DNA of 64,000 bases from Paracoccaceae bacterium (GTDB taxonomy: Bacteria > Pseudomonadota > Alphaproteobacteria > Rhodobacterales > Rhodobacteraceae), in assembly GCA_045106335.1 (NCBI GenBank), contig JBGCEM010000054.1:32214-96213 (forward strand), in the 5' to 3' direction. Each line of letters begins with the position of its first letter. Positions within the stretch are counted from its first letter, which is position 1. Below are positions 10,701 to 21,740 of the stretch, piece by piece. The position numbers were made by a program, and so were the translations under genes. The notes beneath the pieces were generated by a model. It saw only the letters and a list, made by a program, of their open reading frames with translations, searched no databases and was not told the DNA's origin.

Positions 10701-13700
10701 GGCGCGGAATTCGACCGATTGGTCATTGTCCACGATACGGCCAATGCCAAACCCATCAAAGATCTGGGCCCCGTTCACATCGTCGGTCGTCGCGTTGGAC
10801 AGGGACACCGAAAAGCTTTCGGTAAATTCGTCAAGCAAATCACCCGCTGCCTGAACTGTAATTGTCTTGGCGGTTTCGCCTGCTGCAAAACTTAGCGTGC
10901 CTGTGCGCGGCAGGCCGGTCGCTGTATCAATGAAGCCGCTGTCGAAATCTTCTGCACTTGCCGATCCGAACGCAAAGGTGAAATCCACGCTGGCGGCAGC
11001 ATCAACAATGCCGGAACGCGTGACAGTGAAAATCATATCCACCGGCCCAGTGTCGCCTTCCGTGACTGTCACGTCATTGACGGAAAAAGTGACTGGATTG
11101 TCATCATTGAAGATCCGCAGCTGCGCCGAGGATGTTGTAATCGTGCTGACAATTCCGTTCGGGGCTGTTGCATTGGAAAGCAGGAATGTCAGAGATTCCG
11201 TGTTTTCAACGTCGAGATCTTCAGCAATTGGGATTTCAATCGACATAAAGGTCTGTCCGGCGGTGAAGGTGGCCGTGCCGGACAAGGGCAGCGTCCCCTC
11301 GACGTCATCGCTGTCCGCATTGAAATCGGATTGGTTTGTATTTTCAACAAGTTGCCAATCGACACTGGCTTCAACTTGCGTATTGCCAGATCTTGAAATC
11401 GACATTAAGGCAACGACATTGTCGCCCGGATCGCCTTCGGTGATAGACCGCGTAAAGGTGCTAAATTGCACGGGTTGATCGCTGGTTTCGATCAGACCAC
11501 GCCCCAGGTCATCGCCAACGCTGATCGATGCACCATTATCTGTGACAGGATTGCTAAGCTGAACGGTGAAGTCTTCGCGGACTTCAGCCGTAAGATCACC
11601 GGCAATAGGAACTTCCAGCTGCGCGAATTTCTCGCCACTGGCAAATGTCACGGTCCCGCTGGGTAAAACACCACCTTCGAAATCAGACGCATCTGCATCC
11701 GAGTTGAAGCTTGCGCCACCTGCAATCACAGAAAAGTCGACGGATACAGCGGCGTTCAAATCACCATTGCGTTCGATGGTAAAGATCGCGTCTGTGCTGC
11801 CGGTGTCGCCTTCTTGGACGATGATCAAGTCGGTGTTGATTTCGACAAAGATCGGTACCAGGCCTGTATCAACGTCGACAGCAAGATTATCGTTTTGAAT
11901 GATGCCATCAGCTGTGCCATCTGCCGCATCCGCCGCGGCCAAAGCATCCCCGCCATGAATAATAGCCGCATCGCCATTTCCGCTTTGATTGTCGGGCTGG
12001 CCCAGAATGATGTCGCCTGCGCCGTCGCCATTGGGATCCCCCGCAGCGCTTAAGGACGTGCGACCAAGGGAGTCGTTTGCGTCGCCAAGGATTTTATAGG
12101 CATCCCCCGATGCAATTAAAAGTTCCAGATCGACCGCACCCGTCACCACAGAATCTGATCCGAACACGATATAGGCCATCACATGATTGCCCAGCTCGCC
12201 ATTTACACCGCGCGCCAGCAACAGCATATCATCCGTGCCATCGCCGTTCATATCGCCCGCAGAGGTGACGCCAATGTAGTTTTGTACGACCAAACGATCC
12301 GCTTGCCCGTCAAAATACAGATCTGAAGAGTAGTAAAACGAACCGATGCCGGAATTGACCGTGCCCATATTTACGGTGATTTCATCAAGCGTCAAAATAT
12401 TAGACGCACCATTCAGGACAAACACGCCACTGCGCGGCTCAGCACTTGCGGTGATAGCAATAGAATTCGCAATAACGCCAAGTTCGTCCAGGCCTTCGCC
12501 ACCGGAAAAGTCGCCAAGTCCGGCAATTGAATTTGGTCCTTGGGACATGTTATTGACGTTTAATGTCGTCGTGGACCCATCGGACCCGTCGGTGATTTCT
12601 GGCAAAAAGAAGCCGTTTGAAGCACCATATCCTGAAACGGTTTCATTCCCATCTGGCGTGCGAATTGTGTAGATTCCATCAACATCGACGATGCCTTCAG
12701 TTGTGATGAAATCCGCGAAGCCATCGCCGTTGATGTCTGCGCCCTCAAGCAGGCCGATCTCGGCCTGGTTATAGGAATATGTATTGTTGATATCGATCGC
12801 TACCGAGCGCGCACTTAAGGATGGGCCGAACTCTCCGTAATAGCCAAAGAACCGGCCGCCAATCTCTTGTCCCAGATTAAGCGTAAGGCCATCGCCGTCG
12901 GACATGGTTTCCAGGTTTAAGATGATTTCCGATCCGCCACGATCCGCAATCTCGTCGTCCGTTACACGTTCTTGATCCGTGCCAAAGACGATATATCCTG
13001 TCGTGTCAATAACTTGGATGTCACGAGAGTATGAGGTGTAATACTCATTCGGGTTTGTTTCGTTGTCGCGATCATAGTAGCCATTTTCATTGGCATCATA
13101 AAGACGGCTAATGTTCAGCGTCTCGTAACCAGAAGCGTCGCGTGTCGACAGGCCCACATCTGCAAAACCATCGCCGTTGACATCGCCCATAGCGATCATG
13201 GTGTCGATACCGGCATAGGTATCCATACGGAAATGGGCCATGTCACCCACCGAAAGGCCATCTTCGCCGTTCGTATCCTGCCCGCCGTAAATCACATAGG
13301 CGATGCCCTGATTCTCTATCCGAGAATTGCCATATTCACTGTAACCGCCGTAGGTGCTATATGTTGTTCCATTCTGCACGATGCCGAAATCATCGGTGCC
13401 ATCGCCGTCCACATCGCCCAGCCCGACGACTTTATGTCCGAATGTGGTGTAGAAATTGTAATCCGAAATGCTGGGATCTGCAAAGATTTGAAAGCCGTTG
13501 GTGCCGTCGATGTCTTCAAGATTGAACTGGGCATCGGGCTCGCTGGTTCCAAAGACAACATAGACCGTCCCGGTTTCGTTTGTGTCGCCGTAGACATCGC
13601 TTTCGCCAAAGCGGGTTGAAACCGCGACGTCGTCCAAGCCGTCGCCGTTAAAATCGCCAATGCCAGTGACGGATAGACCTGCTTCGTCATATTCGCCGGA

Positions 13701-13736
13701 GCGGCCCTCGATGATCCGAATCCCGTAATTTCCCAC
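4791..13736 (-). CDS. giant (2,981 aa) Ca-binding adhesin-like protein: FG-GAP propeller, Calx-beta array, VWD domain, cadherin/VCBS-like modules, RTX-like C-terminus (probable T1SS substrate)
   Basis: Uninterrupted ORF with GTG start at 13736, preceded by AAGGGGA 6 nt upstream. No N-terminal signal peptide. Seven GDxNGDGxxD FG-GAP motifs lie in aa 1-600. Ten Calx-beta-like modules span aa 628-1887. GDPH and GLMGNANQDLTDDF (VWD) lie at aa 1917-2080. An 11th Calx-beta starts at about aa 2219. NDAP-delimited cadherin-like modules follow. GTDGQDEIR and GGGGADVFVF nonapeptides sit near the C-terminus. Confidence 0.9.
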   Translation of the reverse strand: MGNYGIRIIEGRSGEYDEAGLSVTGIGDFNGDGLDDVAVSTRFGESDVYGDTNETGTVYVVFGTSEPDAQFNLEDIDGTNGFQIFADPSISDYNFYTTFGHKVVGLGDVDGDGTDDFGIVQNGTTYSTYGGYSEYGNSRIENQGIAYVIYGGQDTNGEDGLSVGDMAHFRMDTYAGIDTMIAMGDVNGDGFADVGLSTRDASGYETLNISRLYDANENGYYDRDNETNPNEYYTSYSRDIQVIDTTGYIVFGTDQERVTDDEIADRGGSEIILNLETMSDGDGLTLNLGQEIGGRFFGYYGEFGPSLSARSVAIDINNTYSYNQAEIGLLEGADINGDGFADFITTEGIVDVDGIYTIRTPDGNETVSGYGASNGFFLPEITDGSDGSTTTLNVNNMSQGPNSIAGLGDFSGGEGLDELGVIANSIAITASAEPRSGVFVLNGASNILTLDEITVNMGTVNSGIGSFYYSSDLYFDGQADRLVVQNYIGVTSAGDMNGDGTDDMLLLARGVNGELGNHVMAYIVFGSDSVVTGAVDLELLIASGDAYKILGDANDSLGRTSLSAAGDPNGDGAGDIILGQPDNQSGNGDAAIIHGGDALAAADAADGTADGIIQNDNLAVDVDTGLVPIFVEINTDLIIVQEGDTGSTDAIFTIERNGDLNAAVSVDFSVIAGGASFNSDADASDFEGGVLPSGTVTFASGEKFAQLEVPIAGDLTAEVREDFTVQLSNPVTDNGASISVGDDLGRGLIETSDQPVQFSTFTRSITEGDPGDNVVALMSISRSGNTQVEASVDWQLVENTNQSDFNADSDDVEGTLPLSGTATFTAGQTFMSIEIPIAEDLDVENTESLTFLLSNATAPNGIVSTITTSSAQLRIFNDDNPVTFSVNDVTVTEGDTGPVDMIFTVTRSGIVDAAASVDFTFAFGSASAEDFDSGFIDTATGLPRTGTLSFAAGETAKTITVQAAGDLLDEFTESFSVSLSNATTDDVNGAQIFDGFGIGRIVDNDQSVEFRAFDAQVTEGDAGDQTTITFTVTRASVTDVRATVDYSLDPFPGTTAAVDSNDFVSGFPQTGTLVFEAGETSKTVSAVVSGDFEVESREFMQLNLSNASADGGENTTIVTGNATGTILNDDQAVTITAQFPTVFEGDSGTTDMIVNVFRSGNLDVAANVDYVVRPAVSSQAADNADIVGSFNLTGTVSFAAGETLQTIIIPVQGDTVVEPNEFVEVLFSNATAEGGAQTSLITTQVTGTIVNDDLPVTFQVLNSFATEGANGALTPLTFTVTRSGELDVEASVDFELSDYRFGAQFSAESNDFDGGFPSAGTLTFAAGEVAKTVTLQIRDDAVVEGNELVDFELSNPQAPGYDAGALLNNSSLASGTIIDNDFPVRVSVNSAVVTELDPGQSVTLDFVITRSGNTAVDTDVDYAIAPYAFRGADDGDLNEPPLPILGTVSFAAGETTKTVSVNVAGDNLVEGTEYLTLDLTDASSSDPAADVTFLNTRAFGTIIDDDQPTVFAVRGISTVEGDTGTANTLSFIVSRSGDVSAAASVDYDISGGLVDADDFASGAFPTSGTLNFAAGITTVRIDLPVQGDEDIERSEYTYATLSSPSSSNSGIPAQISAGSAFATIVNDDFPAQLSVSYWNSTTEGDTAADGTELSFLITRTGDSSSSVSVDYDFEGDSFTPLDGADFEGGLPQSGTVTFGVGETQKLISFQIAEDTDIENNERGRLTLSNEQLLSGQPGATVDIIRDVGYGIVNNDDTPPKVEVFVNGRQWGTSITEGNGGNQAVNFTIVRDGPLTDTLTVNYDLFSDVATGRGASSFDIVGNLPDIGNILTFTPGQSSKTVTVLVTGDTMIEANEVFGLNIAALSSNQDVDYDLINTITTVTIRNDDGRPPIPELGIDDDGDGIPDRFIRVEADVFGDPHITTLDGLGYDFQAVGEYVLVETTDGAENPFSVQVRFEAFPGSDLVSVTTRAAVEVKGKTVEFDALDPDAPLLVDGVAIDMEQAAQTGVDLDDDPDNGADIFIDEDGKIFLTLNEAGEVLMVGVMDGSLNVCVFLADSAGGGNAGAVRGLMGNANQDLTDDFQMRDGSDIPEDAISFDDDGVPALTFNFIYGFGEYEGEGYKGSWQIDTAEALFSGDTPDFPANFPAAPLKLEDLPDDVRQAAEDAAREAGLSPEDNKTIFEAAVLDFALTGNEDFVVGATQLAAEPEEASQTTENPDTPPTVSISADAQSIIEGDDDVQEVSFTVYRSETNGALEVDYQIGGDIDADDLATDTPLTGTVGFEDGQSEAVITILVKGDVTTEGDEGLQVTLVGDNNDGVLIGGSRGETIIETDDFAPEAQDDAFTADAGDLISGNLFDDNGQDEDSDPDDDNLNLVNILIGDAVFTPADSPVDLPDGGSLSFDADGNFQFDPGTDFDSLPDGDIETVSFGYQMGDGNGGFASADVILTINGTFVPAENSAPIAVDDDFMVNEDTATTLNFLENDSDPNGDTLLTSILTEPTNGTLALLDGIYTYTPETNFSGTDSFTYQISDGEFSDTATVNLTVEGMNDAPTLSDATTGGTEDTPVSLSLAINAFDLDGDDLTFTLVSDPNSGQAQISTDGDLSYTPDDDFNGSDSLTYQVSDGKGGTATATLTFDIAAVNDAPDAVDDTTSTDEDSAVTGNLISGAGNLSADSDVDGDTLTVIEARDSNGALLSLTAAMALPEGGQLSIAQDGAFLFDPMTAFQNLAAGQSRDVSFTYVVSDGDLTDTASVSITVNGVNDAPLFGDIPDFSIAENTTAVGSVSATDVDDDALTYSLIGGDDEALFAIDADSGAISFKAAADFETPLDVGGDNRYEIQVQVSDGTETSEEFVFVDVTDVVEVITPVINVEQGSDLGYEILTGTDGQDEIRSGGGAFDQATGGGGADVFVFEGGAGRQTMTITDYEIGIDAIDLSGQSVFYNFSAAGTTYLYLDGGDFDTLTVIGASSFDDITFVEDNTLLG
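7467..8009 (-). other. von Willebrand factor type D (VWD)-like domain with GDPH motif, within the giant gene
   Basis: GDPHITTLDGLGYDFQAVGEYVLV starts at aa 1917. The G, D, P and H codons occupy 7977-7988 on the minus strand. The domain ends with GLMGNANQDLTDDF, which resembles the VWD GLCGNxNG..DDF end motif. Confidence 0.7.
8076..11855 (-). repeat. tandem array of 10 diverged Calx-beta-like modules (about 126 aa / 378 nt each) inside the giant gene
   Basis: A recurring pattern is visible in the translation: V(T/Q)EGD...F(T/I)V(T/S)RSG...V(D/N)(Y/F)...DF...G(T/L)(V/L)(S/T)F(A/T)AGE(T)...(V/I)...GD...E..E.F...LSN...(I/V)(V/I)(N/D)DD. The units are diverged at the DNA level. Confidence 0.8.
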
Positions 13737-13925
13737 GACGTATCCCCTTTTTCGAAATGGTGACCCCGGCAGAGCGGGCCAATTTGTCTAAAATCTAAAC
13801 AAAATGTTACTTCGGAAACGGTGCTCTGTTAAGTCTTTCAAATATGCGTTTGGCGACTATTTTTGACGCAAAGGTGTGGAATACCTGACTATACAGCGCA
13901 ATTTTCGCGCTTTGCGAGCGGAGCG

Positions 13926-15143
13926 TCACAGGTGGCGCAAACATCGCACTGCCGTTAGGTCAGGTGATTCGGCAAAGCGTATTGCCAGCGATTTTGCGCA
14001 GGCAGACACGCGGGCCAGCTCGTCCTTATCCTGCAATAAGGCCTGCGTGACTTCGGCAACTTTTTGCGCTGTATAGGTGCCTGCCAGACCAACCGCTAAG
14101 CCTTGTCGCGCCATTTGGGTGGCAACCAACATCTGTTCTCGGGTCGTTGGCAAAAGCACCTGTCGGATACCGTGTCGCAAACCATCTGCAACCAGGCCAG
14201 ACCCCCCAAGACTTAAGATCAGATCTGTCCCGTCCAAAAGCGGGGGCAAGCATACGGGGCCGTTGTGAATTTGGAGGCCGGCCTGTTGCAATGTCTTGAC
14301 GTTCTGGGCGGGCAGGCCGGGGGCGGCGCAAATAATGTCATGCTGTGCGGCTAAAAGACTTAAGGCGTCATATCCAATCTGTGCAATATTGCTGCCAGGT
14401 CGCAAATACGCCAGGATTTTTGGCCTATCGCGGCCAGCCCAATTCATATGTTTTCCGATGTTTGGTCCGGGCATCTGTCCAAGATAAACCGCATTAGATG
14501 TCTTGCGCTGCGCAGCAAAGTGATCTGTTTCAGGCCATGCCACCAGCAATGATAAGTCTGGTGCAAGCACATCGCAGAGGCGAGGCGCCTTTGCAGCCCC
14601 AATCGTTTCCAACGCGACATTTGCAGTGTGCAAGGTATCGCGTTCTTGCGCGGCGGCTTTGCGCAAGGTTTCAGGATCTGATTGGGTTTTTACGTCAAAG
14701 CTGGGCATAGGGTCGGACAAAATTGGCGTGTCATACCCAGACCCCAATACGACGCGCTTCAAAGACGGGCGTTTTATGGATTGGGCACGACTGGCCAGTA
14801 ACGCTGTTGGGGCGGCTTGGGCGACCAAAATGTCGGGTTGGATTGCGTCGAACATGGCGTCCCAGGCTTGAACTTGCATGTTCAATTGGCTCTGTGTGCC
14901 CCAACCCTCGGATTGGATGGCCCCTGGATAGCCATAGGTTGCTCTGGGTGTTGTTTCTGTGGGCGCATATGGTGCTGGAATTAAGCGGCACTTCAAATCT
15001 GGGGCGATCTGGCGAAAAGCCGTCATATCTCGGGCGGCGACCCAGACGTCCATGTCGGGACTTAGACGCCGGGCAATCGGTGCGATTTTTGCGGCATGTC
15101 CGAAATTGTGGCCCATTTCCCAGGCAAATAGGATCCGCCGCAT
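13926..15143 (-). CDS. GT-B fold glycosyltransferase (UGT/MGT- or MurG-like)
   Basis: 405 aa with ATG at 15143. The C-terminal nucleotide-sugar-binding-like segment reads LSLGGSGLVADGLRHGIRQVLLPTTREQMLVATQMARQGLAVGL. It starts 12 nt after the upstream gene's stop. Confidence 0.55.
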   Translation of the reverse strand: MRRILFAWEMGHNFGHAAKIAPIARRLSPDMDVWVAARDMTAFRQIAPDLKCRLIPAPYAPTETTPRATYGYPGAIQSEGWGTQSQLNMQVQAWDAMFDAIQPDILVAQAAPTALLASRAQSIKRPSLKRVVLGSGYDTPILSDPMPSFDVKTQSDPETLRKAAAQERDTLHTANVALETIGAAKAPRLCDVLAPDLSLLVAWPETDHFAAQRKTSNAVYLGQMPGPNIGKHMNWAGRDRPKILAYLRPGSNIAQIGYDALSLLAAQHDIICAAPGLPAQNVKTLQQAGLQIHNGPVCLPPLLDGTDLILSLGGSGLVADGLRHGIRQVLLPTTREQMLVATQMARQGLAVGLAGTYTAQKVAEVTQALLQDKDELARVSACAKSLAIRFAESPDLTAVRCLRHL

Positions 15144-15155
15144 CTGCTGTGCCTG

Positions 15156-16316
15156 TTAGCCCGTGTTACCCAATGTGGTTTTGCCGTCGGCTTTGTACGG
15201 AGCGGGTCGGATCTGAAAGCGAATTTCTGGCGTTTGAAATCCCAGCAATTTTGGGCGCAACACGCCAGGAAGAAAGGCCACATCATAGAGTTCCTGCACA
15301 ACACCTTGAATTTCCAAAGTATGTTCCACGTCACCTGTGTTAAGATTTACAATCGCAATCATACTGGTGGCACTCAGCCCTGCGTCTTCCAGCCGTTGAT
15401 CCAGGGCCAATCCTTCAAAGGTTTTTTCACGCCGGGGGCGCGACACACCGATGATTGCGTAATCCCCCGCAAAGGTGACCCCACGCCCAAACCCGGGCAA
15501 GAAACAAATAGGTTCAAAATGACCCGTGTTTTGATCCACGCGCCCGAACTCGCCGGTGCCGGACTGCAATGCATAAAGTTGTCCATTATACAGGCGCGGC
15601 GAATGCGGCATGCTGAGGCCGTGGGACAAGATCTCGTTGCTTTGAACATCGATAATCACCCCGCCATCTTTGCGATGATCTCGCCAGGCACCGCCCACAT
15701 TCGTGGTTGCGACACAGGTAACATAGGCGGGTTGCCCATCGCGCATGGCCAAACCGTTCAAATGGCAACGATCTTCGGCTGCGATCCTGTCAATAAAGGG
15801 TGGGGTCCAAACAGGCTTAAAGGAATTGCGATAATCCAAGGTGGCCAGACAATTAAAACGTGTGGCGACAAAGATCGGAGCAGATGACCCGTCAAGGGGG
15901 TGGATATCATGAATATCTATATCGCCTGTTGTGCGTCCCTCAACGGGGACGAACACAGAATCAAAGCCGTCGGGCGTTTTGTGGCCCGGCTCTAAAAAGT
16001 TTTCGATGCGCCACAATTGATATAGCGAAGACATCCACAAGGTCGTGCGATTGGCAATCGTTTGAACGCCAAACCCCATGCAACGCGGGAACGAACGTTC
16101 ATATACTGACAATTTACCTGTGTCTGGATTTACCCCAACAAAGAACAGCTTACCAACCTGATACGTGGTAAACGCCAAAGAGCCGCCAGCGGATGTCAGC
16201 CAAGGAATAAACGTGCGTGACGGCTGCAATCCAAAGGTGATTTTCTCATCAGCAGGTCCCGCGCCGGGGGAGGTTTCAGCAGGCGGGGGCGTGATGGGTT
16301 GGGAAGGGTCAGTCAT
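15156..16316 (-). CDS. TIGR03032 / DUF4915-like uncharacterized protein (beta-propeller-like)
   Basis: ATG at 16316 (MTDPSQ) is preferred over the longer track ORF. Motifs TTYQVGKLFFVG, LYQLWRIENF, RCHLNGLAM and MPHSPRLYNGQLYALQSGTGEFG match my memory of the TIGR03032 family. This needs HMM confirmation. Confidence 0.6.
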   Translation of the reverse strand: MTDPSQPITPPPAETSPGAGPADEKITFGLQPSRTFIPWLTSAGGSLAFTTYQVGKLFFVGVNPDTGKLSVYERSFPRCMGFGVQTIANRTTLWMSSLYQLWRIENFLEPGHKTPDGFDSVFVPVEGRTTGDIDIHDIHPLDGSSAPIFVATRFNCLATLDYRNSFKPVWTPPFIDRIAAEDRCHLNGLAMRDGQPAYVTCVATTNVGGAWRDHRKDGGVIIDVQSNEILSHGLSMPHSPRLYNGQLYALQSGTGEFGRVDQNTGHFEPICFLPGFGRGVTFAGDYAIIGVSRPRREKTFEGLALDQRLEDAGLSATSMIAIVNLNTGDVEHTLEIQGVVQELYDVAFLPGVLRPKLLGFQTPEIRFQIRPAPYKADGKTTLGNTG

Positions 16317-16379
16317 GGCGATTATCGTTCCAAAAATGGCGGGGCTTGAATACTTACAATCATTTCGCCAAAACAATGA

Positions 16380-20737
<4,358 letters not shown>

Positions 20738-20849
20738 TTGTCTGATTCAACTGGATAACCTCATTAAGTTCACAAATGTTCTCATTAAGTTCTTTACTTA
20801 TCGTTAACCATGTGGAACAAAGGGGCAACATAAAGAGAAAGAGCACACC

Positions 20850-20978
20850 ATGAAAACGATTGGAGAGATAAAACTGATTTTCCAGCGCAGTCAGGCGACT
20901 TTGTTGCAAGACGCGCTTGGGGCCGCGGCTTTGGGTGTGATTTTAATCGTCGCTCTGCTTCTTCCCACATTGCCTTAG
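20850..20978 (+). CDS. small (42 aa) hydrophobic-tail membrane peptide, hypothetical
   Basis: Not in the ORF track because it is under 60 aa. It runs from ATG 20850 to TAG 20976-20978: MKTIGEIKLIFQRSQATLLQDALGAAALGVILIVALLLPTLP. The pattern ..L.DA.G.AAL.V.L...L.LP.L recalls small conserved peptides in Rhodobacterales genomes (from memory). Confidence 0.45.
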   Translation: MKTIGEIKLIFQRSQATLLQDALGAAALGVILIVALLLPTLP

Positions 20979-21117
20979 GATTTACCCGCGACCACATGCC
21001 AATCATTTCATAGCAACACTGCCTGTTCGCGTATGCCTGACACTGCCTGTCTTCGGCGTTTCAAAGCCTGCCTTTGAGTGAATGAATTTGGGTCCCACAT
21101 GTGGTTCGTATGACTTG

Positions 21118-21152
21118 GCGCCGTGCTTCGTTTTGAAGTGCGGCGCTTTTTT
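21118..21152 (+). terminator. strong intrinsic terminator with no annotated gene immediately upstream
   Basis: 12-bp stem with 2 G-U pairs: GCGCCGTGCTTC at 21118-21129 pairs with GAAGTGCGGCGC at 21135-21146. The loop is GTTTT and a TTTTTT run follows at 21147-21152. Confidence 0.7.
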
Positions 21153-21217
21153 CATAATTTTGCGTGTTCACAAAGGGTTGGCTCTGCAAATTGCAAATTT
21201 AATTTTGCAAGCCAATT

Positions 21218-21670
21218 CTATGCGCAGTGTGTTTGAAGGGCCTCTTCTGCGGCTTCTGCGGCGGCTTCTATTGCTAGAAGTATTGAAGCATGGCGGTTTT
21301 TGAAAGCGCGTGCTGGCTCAAGAACTTCGAACCCATCAAAAGGTGCTGCTGGAACAGGACCATTTTGACGAAGCATATTGCGAAGTGCGTCGCGTGCGTC
21401 ACGCAATTCAGCTGGGCTGCGTCCAACGATGGCCGACCCGGTCACGGCTGCTGCAGCCTGGCCCAATGCACACGCTTTTACATCCTGTCCGAATGCTGAA
21501 ACCCGCCCATCCATCATGCTTATGTCGACAGTCACCATAGACCCGCAAACGGGTGAGCGGCGCTTTACAGTCGCATCGGGCGCTTCTAGCCGTCCGATAT
21601 GTGGGATATCCGCCGCGAGCGCCAAAATCCGCCCAGAATACAGTTTTACAAGATCAATATCAGTGCTCAT
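21218..21670 (-). CDS. iron-sulfur cluster assembly scaffold protein (NifU/IscU N-terminal domain family)
   Basis: 150 aa. Cys-containing motifs SPVCGSMV and KACALGQAAA sit in an IscU-like arrangement. Confidence 0.7.
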   Translation of the reverse strand: MSTDIDLVKLYSGRILALAADIPHIGRLEAPDATVKRRSPVCGSMVTVDISMMDGRVSAFGQDVKACALGQAAAAVTGSAIVGRSPAELRDARDALRNMLRQNGPVPAAPFDGFEVLEPARAFKNRHASILLAIEAAAEAAEEALQTHCA

Positions 21671-21740
21671 CGCCTTGGCTTCCTGTGTTGCAACCCTCTA
21701 TATTTAGGGAAAAGATACGGGCTTTCAAAAGGTTTTTCTT

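Noticed and set aside
13737-13925. Possible Pho box (PhoB site) upstream of the giant adhesin gene, considered because the pst-phoUB locus is adjacent
   Set aside because: I could not find a convincing pair of CTGTCAT-like direct repeats with 11-nt phasing. The adjacency to phoB is convergent and separated by a strong terminator, so it implies nothing about regulation.
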